The position numbers and the translations under genes were made by a program. The notes below the pieces were generated by a model that saw nothing but the letters and a program-made list of their open reading frames with translations, had not been told where the DNA came from and ran no database searches. Positions 37,671 to 47,342 of a stretch of DNA of 64,000 nt are shown here, one piece after another. The DNA is from a virus. Taxonomy: Duplodnaviria > Heunggongvirae > Uroviricota > Caudoviricetes. The stretch lies in IMG/VR virus record IMGVR_UViG_3300031759_000002. One strand, 5' to 3'. Within the stretch, counting starts at the first letter, position 1, and each line of letters opens with the position of its first letter.

Positions 37671-37812
37671 ATAGAATAAATATAATACAAAAATGCAAAA
37701 GTGTAAAAAAAGTTTACTTTTTATAAGAAAAATGATAAACTATAGTGAATGATATTAAAATCAACTGGACTTTCCGATAAAGAAGCAAATGAATTATTAG
37801 AAGATAAAAACA

Positions 37813-38205
37813 ATGAATAATGAACCCCAATTCGAAGTTAAAGATTCTGGTTATAGACAGGAATTTAGTACTGGAGCACGTAGAGATACTCAAGAGGGAA
37901 AGGGAAGATTTGATTTACTTCCGTGTCATGCAATAACTAGATTGGCTGAACATTTTGAGAATGGCAGTAAGAAGTATGGAGACGATAATTGGCGTAAAGG
38001 TATTCCGCTTAATAGATATTTAGATTCTGCATTTAGACATTTATATAAGTTTATGGATGGTCAACGTGATGAAGATCATGCAATTGCTGCGGCATGGAAT
38101 ATATTATGTTTAATTGAAACCGAATATATGATAGATAATAAAGAATTACCCGAAGAATTAAATACTCTTAGGAAAATTAAACCTAATGACCTATTGACCC
38201 AATAA
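37813..38205 (+). CDS. dATP/dGTP diphosphohydrolase-domain protein (DUF5664-like)
   Basis: STGARRD..EGKGRFDLLP, GSKKYGDDNWRKG, SAFRHL, EDHAIAAAWN. Confidence 0.85.
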   Translation: MNNEPQFEVKDSGYRQEFSTGARRDTQEGKGRFDLLPCHAITRLAEHFENGSKKYGDDNWRKGIPLNRYLDSAFRHLYKFMDGQRDEDHAIAAAWNILCLIETEYMIDNKELPEELNTLRKIKPNDLLTQ

Positions 38206-38473
38206 GTTTATTGTTATCATAGAAATATATAATTCTATGTCCGGTTTGTTGTAAAATCTGCCCTCGTAGTCTTGGTATAGCTTGCGAAGTTAAATTGTAA
38301 TAAATAGAATTGCAAGATTGATATAGTTTAATTTTATCTTCTTTTTTATGACAATTACATTTAGTTAGATATTTAGTTAAACATTGGTCTAATTGTCCGA
38401 ACATAGAATCAAATGAAGATAATCCATTTTCTTTTATGAAATTGTTACATTCTGTTGCATTTTTTATAATCAT
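38183..38473 (-). CDS. hypothetical protein
   Basis: Intact ORF coupled to its neighbour by a TAATG overlap. Confidence 0.6.
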   Translation of the reverse strand: MIIKNATECNNFIKENGLSSFDSMFGQLDQCLTKYLTKCNCHKKEDKIKLYQSCNSIYYNLTSQAIPRLRGQILQQTGHRIIYFYDNNKLIGSIGH

Positions 38474-38802
38474 TATATTAGTTTATTAACTATACCAAAT
38501 ATAATCAAAGAACCAATGATAAATATAGGGATTTCAATTAATGATAAGGTAAATATTCCAGCCATTATACCGAGCCAAATTGTTAAACATATAGGACAGG
38601 TTATAAGGCGTATGAAAAAACAGTTATGATATTGTCTTAAATAATCTAAATATTCCAATGTAACATCATTTGATTTTTTTAATTCATAATCTTCATAAAA
38701 GGAAATATTATTTAGGTTGCATAATTTACAATATTCTATCCAAAACTCAGTTCTGAATTGACACAGGAGCAATATAGAAATTATACAACATATTGTTAAC
38801 AT
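38473..38802 (-). CDS. small membrane protein with CxxC
   Basis: Hydrophobic termini, LITCPICLTIW. Confidence 0.6.
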   Translation of the reverse strand: MLTICCIISILLLCQFRTEFWIEYCKLCNLNNISFYEDYELKKSNDVTLEYLDYLRQYHNCFFIRLITCPICLTIWLGIMAGIFTLSLIEIPIFIIGSLIIFGIVNKLI

Positions 38803-38818
38803 ATATCAATAAATATAC

Positions 38819-38847
38819 TTGACACTTAACAAACTATACTGTATTAT
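38819..38847 (+). promoter_or_regulatory. sigma70-type promoter (leaderless)
   Basis: TTGACA-N17-TATTAT-N6-ATG. Confidence 0.75.
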
Positions 38848-38853
38848 ATTAGA

Positions 38854-40149
38854 ATGGATACTGGAATTCGAACCGACATATCAAAGTTTATAGATGAATT
38901 AAAGACGAAATATGGACCACTTCCAAAATGGAATTATTCCAATTCTAATAATAAATTATATTATAATACTCCTTTTATAGATGATTTGGAACTTGTCTCT
39001 GTTATAGAGACATTTTTAACATCTAAATGGGCGGCTGCGGGCGATAAAGTGAAAGAATTTGAGGATGAATATTCTAAAAAGGTATGTAATAAATATAGTG
39101 TATCTGTAAGTAGTGGGTCTGACGCTAATCTGATAATGATATCAGCATTGAAGGAATTTTATAAATGGAAAGATAATTCTAATATAATATGTTCTATATC
39201 TGGGTTTCCAACAACTTATAGTGCATTATTATATAATAATTTAAAACTAAATTTAGTTGATATAGAGACTGACACTTTAAATTTTGATTTACGTAAAATA
39301 GAAAATCAAATAGATAAAGATACAGTTGCTATATTTGTTTCTCCTCCACTTGGAAATTTACCTAATATGGATAAATTAGTTGAAATTTCAAAAAAATATA
39401 ATGTAATACTAATAAATGATGGATGTGATAGTAATGGTTCATTATATAACGGAAAATCGTTCAATGAATATGCTATTTCTACAAGTTGCAGTTTTTATAT
39501 GGCTCACCATCTCACTACAATTTCTGGTGGCATGATATCTACAGATAATAAGAAAATTTCAGACATATGTAGAAGTTTAAGCCGTTGGGGACATGGGTGC
39601 TATTGTAGGGGCCAAGAGAATTTAAGTATGGATGGGCAGTGCAAAGTTAGATTTAGTAAATGGATACCTCAGTTAAATGATATCCAAGATCATAAATATA
39701 CTTATTTTAGGCCGGGGTTTAATAGTCAGTTATTAGACCTTCAAGGCGCAATGGGAATAGAACAACTTAAAAAAATAGATATTATACATAAAAAACGAAA
39801 AGAAAATAAAGAGTTAACTCAAGCATTATTTCATATGTATATCCCAGAGTTAACCTTTATAAATACTTTAAAAGATGCTGATGTTTCTTGGTTTGGAACG
39901 TGTTTAATATGTCCTAATAAAAATTTTAAAGATAAATTAGTTAATTTTTTGGAGATGAATGGAATTCAGACCAGATATTTATTTGGATCAAATATATTGA
40001 TGCAACCGGGGTTTAAACAGTATGGAAATTATTTAGATTATCCAGTTGCTAATGATATTTTATATAGATTATTTTTCGTCGGAGCCAATCCTAATTGGGA
40101 CAGTGAAAATTTTAAATATATGGAGAATGTATTGAGGAATTATAAATAA
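38854..40149 (+). CDS. rfbH: RfbH/DdhC-like NDP-4-keto-6-deoxyhexose 3-dehydratase (DegT family)
   Basis: VSSGSDANL, DGCDSNGS, CSFYMAHH (His in place of the Schiff-base Lys), WGHGCYC, DHKY, QTRYLFGSN. Confidence 0.85.
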   Translation: MDTGIRTDISKFIDELKTKYGPLPKWNYSNSNNKLYYNTPFIDDLELVSVIETFLTSKWAAAGDKVKEFEDEYSKKVCNKYSVSVSSGSDANLIMISALKEFYKWKDNSNIICSISGFPTTYSALLYNNLKLNLVDIETDTLNFDLRKIENQIDKDTVAIFVSPPLGNLPNMDKLVEISKKYNVILINDGCDSNGSLYNGKSFNEYAISTSCSFYMAHHLTTISGGMISTDNKKISDICRSLSRWGHGCYCRGQENLSMDGQCKVRFSKWIPQLNDIQDHKYTYFRPGFNSQLLDLQGAMGIEQLKKIDIIHKKRKENKELTQALFHMYIPELTFINTLKDADVSWFGTCLICPNKNFKDKLVNFLEMNGIQTRYLFGSNILMQPGFKQYGNYLDYPVANDILYRLFFVGANPNWDSENFKYMENVLRNYK

Positions 40150-41111
40150 ATAATATTTTTTAATTTAAATCCTTTGCTTGTTTTTTGTTCGTTATTAGTT
40201 AATGTATATATTTCTCGTTTTGATATATTATGAGTTTTGCAAAATTTATGGATTTCATTTATATTTATATTAAAATCGGTATTATCGTTTATTTTTGTTA
40301 ATATTATTGTTTTATATTTTTGATTAACATTTATTTCTTTGGTGGATATTAAATATTCCGTACTATTTAACAATGTTTTTTCCAGTCTAAATATTCGTCC
40401 ATCTTTAGATTTTGCTATTAAACATTTTTCATTACATAATTGTAATATCATATTTATTCCACATTTGTTTTCTCTTCCAAATTTACTGCAATTATAAAAT
40501 TGGTATATTTTTCCATATTGATCTACTAACGTTTTAAGTTTGCTATTTTTTCCATATTGTTCTGGATTTGTTTCCGGCAAGCAAATTCCCTTTAAACGTC
40601 TTATACTTCCAATGAATAATTGGTTGAGATTTTGTTCTTTTATTTTATATTTATCTATTATTTCTTTAGGACATCTAAACTCTTTAATTTCTCCTGTTGA
40701 TATTTCTTTAATTTTATAAATTTTTCCTTTACATTGAGATATTGCTTGATTTAATCTCATTTCTTCACTAAATTCTCGATGTTCTTCCCCTGTTTCTTTT
40801 ACGAAATTATACCCATTTGGCACAATTGAATTGTATTTTTCTATTGATTTTAATTCATAATTTAATAATTTTTCATTATCTAATATTCCGTGTTTTAATA
40901 TTGATACTTTAAAATTCTCAATTCCATGTTTGATAACTGCGTTTTTTAAATATTTATTTGTAGTATATTTAATCCAATTAGACGATGAATATCTATCTGA
41001 AAATCTATGTTTTGTTTTTCCTATATAACATTTTCCATCCAATTTATTTTTTATTAAATATACAATTCCTTTTAATTTTTTAAGTTGTAATTTGGTTGGA
41101 TTTTTTATCAT
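40140..41111 (-). CDS. GIY-YIG homing endonuclease
   Basis: GIVYLIKNKLDGKCYIGKT, E...I......PNGYN. Confidence 0.85.
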   Translation of the reverse strand: MIKNPTKLQLKKLKGIVYLIKNKLDGKCYIGKTKHRFSDRYSSSNWIKYTTNKYLKNAVIKHGIENFKVSILKHGILDNEKLLNYELKSIEKYNSIVPNGYNFVKETGEEHREFSEEMRLNQAISQCKGKIYKIKEISTGEIKEFRCPKEIIDKYKIKEQNLNQLFIGSIRRLKGICLPETNPEQYGKNSKLKTLVDQYGKIYQFYNCSKFGRENKCGINMILQLCNEKCLIAKSKDGRIFRLEKTLLNSTEYLISTKEINVNQKYKTIILTKINDNTDFNININEIHKFCKTHNISKREIYTLTNNEQKTSKGFKLKNIIYL

Positions 41112-41260
41112 AAGTGTTTATGTTTATTTTTTAAATCATTGTATAATTTTCTTCGTTTTTTATTTACCAATTCTTTATTTAATTTATAATAGTTATTGGC
41201 ATTTATTCTTTTAAGTTTAAGAATTTCTTCGTATGTTCTATTTAATGATTTTCGTCCCAT
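41108..41260 (-). CDS. 50-aa basic leader protein upstream of the GIY-YIG gene (not in ORF track)
   Basis: MGRKSLNRTYEEILKLKRINANNYYKLNKELVNKKRRKLYNDLKNKHKHL*; ATGA overlap; ATACTTATA upstream. Confidence 0.7.
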   Translation of the reverse strand: MGRKSLNRTYEEILKLKRINANNYYKLNKELVNKKRRKLYNDLKNKHKHL

Positions 41261-41307
41261 ATATTATAAGTATATACGATAAACGAAACACAATCAAATA
41301 TTTTTAA

Positions 41308-41336
41308 TTGACAATATTTAATAAAAGTTGTAATAT
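41308..41336 (+). promoter_or_regulatory. sigma70-type promoter (leaderless)
   Basis: TTGACA-N17-TAATAT-N7-ATG. Confidence 0.75.
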
Positions 41337-41343
41337 ATTCTAT

Positions 41344-42153
41344 ATGACAGTCGATTTATTTGGTGGTACGGGTTTTATTGGAAGTAATTATAAAAAATTA
41401 TATCCTGATACTCACATACATAATAGGGAAGATAATTTTCCAACGTATAACAATGTATTATATATGATAAGCACTACTCATAATTATAATCGTCCACAAA
41501 TAGATGTCGATACTAATTTAACTAAACTTATCAAAGTATTAGAAAATTGTCATTCCCATACTGTTTTTAACTTTATAAGTAGTTGGTTTGTATATGGAGA
41601 TGTTCCATTACCGGCAAAAGAAGAATATATTGGAAATCCTAAAGGTTATTATTCAATAACCAAACAAGCAGCAGAACGTTTGGTAGAAACATATTGTAAA
41701 GTTAATAATATAAAGTATAGAATACTAAGATTATGTAATGTGTATGGACCAGACGATAACCGAGTATCTAAGCAAAAGAATGCTTTACAGTATCTTATAG
41801 ACGAAATTAAAAATAATAAAGATATAAACCTTTATTATGACGGACACTTTACTAGGGATTATATGTATGTTACTGATGTATGTAAAGCTATACATTTATG
41901 TATACATAAATCTGATACTAACCAAATTATAAATATTGGAAGTGGAATACCTCAAATATTCGGAGATGCTATACGCTTTTCTATATCAGAAGCACAATCA
42001 ACGAGTAAAATACATTCTATTGATGCAACGGAGTTTCATAAAATAGTACAAGTAAAGAATATGTGGTTAGATATTACTAAACTCAAAGAATTGGGATTTT
42101 ATCAAGAAGTGAATATATATGATGGAATTAAACAGTTAATTCATACTGTTTAA
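41344..42153 (+). CDS. NAD-dependent epimerase/dehydratase
   Basis: GGTGFIG, ISSWFVYG, YSITK (YxxxK), RLCNVYG; the ORF-track TTG start is the -35 box. Confidence 0.9.
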   Translation: MTVDLFGGTGFIGSNYKKLYPDTHIHNREDNFPTYNNVLYMISTTHNYNRPQIDVDTNLTKLIKVLENCHSHTVFNFISSWFVYGDVPLPAKEEYIGNPKGYYSITKQAAERLVETYCKVNNIKYRILRLCNVYGPDDNRVSKQKNALQYLIDEIKNNKDINLYYDGHFTRDYMYVTDVCKAIHLCIHKSDTNQIINIGSGIPQIFGDAIRFSISEAQSTSKIHSIDATEFHKIVQVKNMWLDITKLKELGFYQEVNIYDGIKQLIHTV

Positions 42154-42920
42154 TCAAATCTAAAATTAACATCCCTATCATATTTAGGATATGATTTCCA
42201 TTTATAAAAGAAATAGTCAAACCCAGATTTTTCCTTTGTTTGAGTTTCTTTTATTTTTTCTGGACTGCGTGTTGCCACGCCAGAAAAATGGTAGAAGTTT
42301 AATGCCATGTTTCTAACTGATTTAATATTATTTATATTACATTTATAAAAGAAATCTAAATCAGTTACATGCCCACTTGGAAATCCTTCATCCCATCCTC
42401 CTATAGAAACATAATCTTTACGTTTCATAAATATAGGAAGTGTGTTTCCATCTGATTGTGCGAATAACTTATTTCTAAAAGATGGTTCTTTTTCTTGAAA
42501 GTTTTTTAAATTAAATGTTTCGATAGTCTGCCCGAAATCATGAATTATAAATGATTTAAATATGCTATAGCGTGGCTCTATTTGATTTGGGGTTACTACT
42601 GTTCTAGATTGATAATTATCAATTAATATTTTATCCCATCCAATGGGAAACACATTATCATCGTTTACTATAAGAATATAGTCATTAGCAGAATTATAAA
42701 CTCCGTGGTTCGTTGCTGCATTTTGTCCCATCGTAGTTTCAAATACAATAGGAGTTATTTTATTTTTCCATTTTTCTAATACTTCTTTATTTTCTTCATA
42801 TGTTCCATCGACTACTACTACAATTTGATTAGTTAAAAAAGTCTGCCCCATTATGGCAGACTCTATACATGAATCCAAATATTTTGGTTCTTTAAATGTT
42901 GGAATAATTATACTTATCAT
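42150..42920 (-). CDS. family-2 glycosyltransferase
   Basis: ISIIIPTF, VVVVDG, ILIVNDD, GGWDEGF, DLDF. Confidence 0.88.
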   Translation of the reverse strand: MISIIIPTFKEPKYLDSCIESAIMGQTFLTNQIVVVVDGTYEENKEVLEKWKNKITPIVFETTMGQNAATNHGVYNSANDYILIVNDDNVFPIGWDKILIDNYQSRTVVTPNQIEPRYSIFKSFIIHDFGQTIETFNLKNFQEKEPSFRNKLFAQSDGNTLPIFMKRKDYVSIGGWDEGFPSGHVTDLDFFYKCNINNIKSVRNMALNFYHFSGVATRSPEKIKETQTKEKSGFDYFFYKWKSYPKYDRDVNFRFD

Positions 42921-43543
42921 TTACAATATGAATATTTTCTAAGTGGAATTAATCCCAGTAATAAAAACGAACTTACTAATAACGTTCCATGTTCTTGGAC
43001 CGATACTAATTGACTTTGAATTTGATTATTATTACAATCATATAGATTCATTACCTCTATTCCATATGCCCCATTGGATGATAATTCTGCATTGTTTATA
43101 GTTAAAAATTGAGTAATTAAATCATTATAAAATGGGTTTCCAGATACAAATGACGCTTCGGAGTTTCCATATGACTCGTTTTGAAGAGACCATATTACAT
43201 TTTGTAATGAACCAGCAGAATTAGCATCTCCATATTGGTATCCGTTTAAATTACCTTCTAAGAATGAATTATATAAATAAGCAACTCCGATAGTTAATTG
43301 ATTGCCTGACCCTACATACGTATAGTTTCCAATTGAATAGTTATACGACGTTCCGGGCGTAAACTCATGGGATGTATCTATGCAAAATGTTTGAAATGTT
43401 CCATTACCACTAGTTACCGCAGTAAATTGACCACCTGAACCATATGAATATGAGTTTTGATACAATGTAACAGTGGGAGTTGCAATTGAATTTAATACCG
43501 TCAATATAAGAATTGACAATGTTGTAATAATTTTATTTTTCAT
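42917..43543 (-). CDS. secreted thioester-domain-like protein with degenerate VPDSG/PEP-CTERM tail
   Basis: Signal peptide; GGQFTA, FQTFCID, LQNVIW, QSQLVSV-QEHG-hydrophobic-RK. Confidence 0.7.
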   Translation of the reverse strand: MKNKIITTLSILILTVLNSIATPTVTLYQNSYSYGSGGQFTAVTSGNGTFQTFCIDTSHEFTPGTSYNYSIGNYTYVGSGNQLTIGVAYLYNSFLEGNLNGYQYGDANSAGSLQNVIWSLQNESYGNSEASFVSGNPFYNDLITQFLTINNAELSSNGAYGIEVMNLYDCNNNQIQSQLVSVQEHGTLLVSSFLLLGLIPLRKYSYCK

Positions 43544-43582
43544 AGAGTATAAATATAACAGAGTTTTTAAAAATTGTCAATA

Positions 43583-44278
43583 TTAAACTTTAGTCCAATC
43601 AATCAACGGAGATAACCACGGTATTTCTGTATGTGTAGATTTTGCCGGAATAGAAGATATTAGACTTCTCCCCTTATCTATCAATTTACAAAACGCCCAG
43701 TAATCTCGTGGATATGATTCGATTGTTGCTTCTTCCCATATATCTACATCTTCTTTTAATGTTTTTATATTAGTAGCAAATGTCATCGTTGTGCTATTAG
43801 TAAGTTTCCAATATGATGAGTTAGTTAAAACAACTCTGGTAATTTCTCCTCCACCTTCAACTTGTGGATTTCCTCCACAATTTGCATTTATATATTTATC
43901 TGGATGGCAATAAAGCGTACAATAATTTGCAATTTGCAATCCTTCTAATAAAATTGTATCCGAATTAGGCAAGTGTAAATAATCATCTTCTACCAAATAA
44001 ATTAAATCATTATCTTTTAATTCTTTACATGCTCTACGCATGGAATGTCTAAATGCATGAGCGTTATTTAGATTCGTATATTCTATTTTAAAATTGGTAG
44101 ATTCTTTCGATTTTATAAACTCTAATAACGATGGTTCCGTTACATTATCCGCAATTAAATTTATATTATATTTTCCAAATATAGATAAAAAATTATTAAG
44201 ACAATGTTCCTTGGTAGCATGTGTCAACCTATTTTTTTTATATGAATTGTTGCTTATTCTGTAAAATATCGTTAACAT
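43583..44278 (-). CDS. glycosyltransferase-like protein
   Basis: IYLVEDDYLH DxD-type motif; island context. Confidence 0.7.
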   Translation of the reverse strand: MLTIFYRISNNSYKKNRLTHATKEHCLNNFLSIFGKYNINLIADNVTEPSLLEFIKSKESTNFKIEYTNLNNAHAFRHSMRRACKELKDNDLIYLVEDDYLHLPNSDTILLEGLQIANYCTLYCHPDKYINANCGGNPQVEGGGEITRVVLTNSSYWKLTNSTTMTFATNIKTLKEDVDIWEEATIESYPRDYWAFCKLIDKGRSLISSIPAKSTHTEIPWLSPLIDWTKV

Positions 44279-45222
44279 GATTTACTTGTATCTATTATAT
44301 ATTTTGCGACGTGTTCGGTGGTTAAATTGTTACATAAATAATTATATAATTTGGAATTGATTTCTGCGTATTTATCGAAATCTATTTCTAATTCATTAAA
44401 TATATTAAAATCAAAATTTGTTATTAACAAATGTTGGTTATATATAAATTGTTTATCTAAAAACGATTTATCGATATTTTTAAAAATATCGAATACGTCT
44501 AATAAAATATCTTTTGGTAGTTTTTGGAGACTTTGAATTGGGCAATGTTTTATATCTATAAACAATGGAATACACTTGTTCATTATTATTTCACAATGTC
44601 TTAAAGACTCCCAACATGCCTTTTTCCAAGTATATCCAAACATAGATTGTTGATAATCTTTGTAGTATTCTATTTCAGTATTGAATATCAATGTTTGATG
44701 TGCTCCTGGGACGTTAGTTGCTATTAGTTTGTCTTTAACTACGTCTATTTTGCATATTTTTTCTTTTGGCATAGCCAGCCAAATAGGAAACACATTTTTA
44801 ATATCGGTTTCCATTGTCATTTTGAAATACAGTCCAGTTTTAATCAAATCATCATATATTGTTAATATTTCATGCCCATCTATAAAAATAATTTTATTTT
44901 TTTCGTAATTACCCAATACTAATTCCAACAAATCTAGATTTCTATATATTGCACCATATACTATTAAATCGAAGTATTTATTTTTAATTTTATTTTCTAT
45001 ATCAGACCTATCTATTTTATCTGAAAATGGAAGATTTCCACATAATGTAAATCCTCTTCCGTGAAATGTTGTTAATAATGATTTTTTATCAATATTATCG
45101 TACATGTACCATTGAGGATGATAATCTATAACATCATTACCATATAGCGATTTCAATCCATGAAACACTACATCTGCCATGAAATCACTAATATGAAACT
45201 TAGAAATGTATAATATTTTCAT
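44272..45222 (-). CDS. glycosyltransferase-like protein
   Basis: HGLKSLYG.D, Y..YQQSMFG.T..KACWESLRHCEII...CIP; resembles phage/CgeB-like GTs. Confidence 0.6.
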   Translation of the reverse strand: MKILYISKFHISDFMADVVFHGLKSLYGNDVIDYHPQWYMYDNIDKKSLLTTFHGRGFTLCGNLPFSDKIDRSDIENKIKNKYFDLIVYGAIYRNLDLLELVLGNYEKNKIIFIDGHEILTIYDDLIKTGLYFKMTMETDIKNVFPIWLAMPKEKICKIDVVKDKLIATNVPGAHQTLIFNTEIEYYKDYQQSMFGYTWKKACWESLRHCEIIMNKCIPLFIDIKHCPIQSLQKLPKDILLDVFDIFKNIDKSFLDKQFIYNQHLLITNFDFNIFNELEIDFDKYAEINSKLYNYLCNNLTTEHVAKYIIDTSKSC

Positions 45223-46136
45223 TTATTTTTCCAAAATGACATCATCTCTCCTATATTCTCTTCCACGGTTTGATGAAATATAAATCCAGTGTCTTTTATT
45301 TTTTTATTTGATAATGAATATCCTAGATTTGGTATTTCATCATTAGTAAACTCAATATTTAATTGGGGATTATATGTTTTGCATATTTCTGCCAATTCTT
45401 TTACTGTTTTATGGTCATTTACTATATTATATATTTGTCCATTGTGGTCATGGGTTCGGCTGCTGAATTGTAACCATCTAATGGCTCCACATACATCCTC
45501 AATTCCAACTAACGGTTTAATATTATTTCCATTTCCAAATACTTTTAGTTTATTGTCAACCGATGCCATTTTTGAAAATAAGTTTGGTAATATTTTCCAT
45601 CTAATACAGTCATTATATCCATACACACTTGCTAATCTCAATGTTATAAACTTTTTGTTGGAGTATAATAAATCTTTTTCTGATTGATATTTTGATTTGG
45701 CATATGCAAGTTCGGGACATGGTGGATATACTTCTGTTATATCAGAAATCGAATCTGACAATGATTCAAATACAACATGAGTTGATAAAAACATTATCTG
45801 ACATTCTTTAGATGTATGTTCTATTATTTGTCGGGTTCCTTCTACTCCTACTTTATATATTTCGGCATCGATTGTAGGATTGCTTTGACTTTTAACGGTT
45901 GGAACTGCTGTTATTCCTGCGGTATGTAATACAATATCAGCAGTGGATAACAACTCTTTAATGTTGAATAAATCACGATGGTAAAACTTAATTCCATTTT
46001 CAGTAAGCCATTTTACTTTATCGGGAATGAAATTATTATCAATTCCAATTATATCGTAATCATTTTTATATAACTCACAAAATCCACGAGCAATATATCC
46101 CAATACACCGGTTATTAAGAGTTTTTGTTTTATCAT
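45219..46136 (-). CDS. NAD-dependent epimerase/dehydratase
   Basis: ITGVLGYIA, HTAG, YAKSK, LRLASVYG. Confidence 0.88.
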   Translation of the reverse strand: MIKQKLLITGVLGYIARGFCELYKNDYDIIGIDNNFIPDKVKWLTENGIKFYHRDLFNIKELLSTADIVLHTAGITAVPTVKSQSNPTIDAEIYKVGVEGTRQIIEHTSKECQIMFLSTHVVFESLSDSISDITEVYPPCPELAYAKSKYQSEKDLLYSNKKFITLRLASVYGYNDCIRWKILPNLFSKMASVDNKLKVFGNGNNIKPLVGIEDVCGAIRWLQFSSRTHDHNGQIYNIVNDHKTVKELAEICKTYNPQLNIEFTNDEIPNLGYSLSNKKIKDTGFIFHQTVEENIGEMMSFWKNK

Positions 46137-47341
46137 AATTTTAATGGATTAACCCATAGTCCTTTATACCAATTGTGTTTTGCTTTTATATCTTTCTCAA
46201 AGTTATATGCTCCTAATACACAGTAATCTGGGTCATTTTCCTTGAAATAATCTATATTTTTAATTTCCAAGCGTGTTCCGGGGGCATATTTTCCTATTTT
46301 TAGAGATGATTCTTCTACTACATAATCTAAATATTTTTCTATTTCAAAATATTTATTTAATAATGTCATTTTAGCTGGCCAAGCATAGACCGCTATTGAA
46401 CTTCCGTTTTCTTTAAATATTTCGAGTGTATCTCTAACCGATGATTTTATAATATCAATATCTATTTTAAAATCTAAATATGTATCCATATCAAGCAATC
46501 CAAATTGACATTCATTGTCAATTGCATTAGCAACACTTGAATCCAATGGGAGTTTAGTATTTTCTTTCCATCTAACATATCCTCGAATAGACCCCATTTG
46601 AACGTTATTATATTCTACTTTAAATAATTCAAGTCCATGTTTTTCGAATAATGTTAATAGAGGAGCAACTGAATGTAAATAAAAATGTTCGAAATAACAT
46701 TGTCCAAAATCTAGATTTTCTATAGTATTTAATAAATATGCATTTTCAAATACAAAATAAGATTGTTTAGGCATTATCGTTTTTAATGACACTACAATTT
46801 CATTTAAATCTGATATATGAGCGAAACAATTACAACACGTTACTAATTTAGGAGACTGTGACATTAGATTTATCTCTTCTGCCGTCTGAGGAGTGAAAAA
46901 TGCAGTCATAGTTGGGATATTATTTTTTCTAGCTTTTTCTGCTATATTAGCAGCCGGTTCAATTCCCATTATATTATATCCTAATTTTCTATATTCTGAT
47001 AATAATATTCCATTATTAGAACCTATATCAAATACCCAATCATTCTTAGAAAGTTCTAAATATTCGGATGTAGTTTTTGCCATTTCATTGAAATGAGGAA
47101 TTAAATTAGGGGGACTTTCATATAAATATTCTTTAAATAAAATATCTGAACTAACTTCATCTTTTAATTGAACCGAGTGACAATTATTACACTTAAAATA
47201 TCTAAGTGGAAACTCCAATTCAGAATTGTTTAATTCTTCTTTTGTTTTAAATGCATTTGCTAATGGAGATTTTCCGAAATCCCATATTATAGGTATATCA
47301 GAACATCCACATAACCGACAAGAGGTAACAGTATTAGTCAT
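46133..47341 (-). CDS. NDP-sugar C-methyltransferase
   Basis: CRLCG, PLANAF, CNNC, DIGSNNG, FAH, YFEH, C-terminal AYNFEKDI domain. Confidence 0.85.
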   Translation of the reverse strand: MTNTVTSCRLCGCSDIPIIWDFGKSPLANAFKTKEELNNSELEFPLRYFKCNNCHSVQLKDEVSSDILFKEYLYESPPNLIPHFNEMAKTTSEYLELSKNDWVFDIGSNNGILLSEYRKLGYNIMGIEPAANIAEKARKNNIPTMTAFFTPQTAEEINLMSQSPKLVTCCNCFAHISDLNEIVVSLKTIMPKQSYFVFENAYLLNTIENLDFGQCYFEHFYLHSVAPLLTLFEKHGLELFKVEYNNVQMGSIRGYVRWKENTKLPLDSSVANAIDNECQFGLLDMDTYLDFKIDIDIIKSSVRDTLEIFKENGSSIAVYAWPAKMTLLNKYFEIEKYLDYVVEESSLKIGKYAPGTRLEIKNIDYFKENDPDYCVLGAYNFEKDIKAKHNWYKGLWVNPLKL

Positions 47342-47342
47342 T

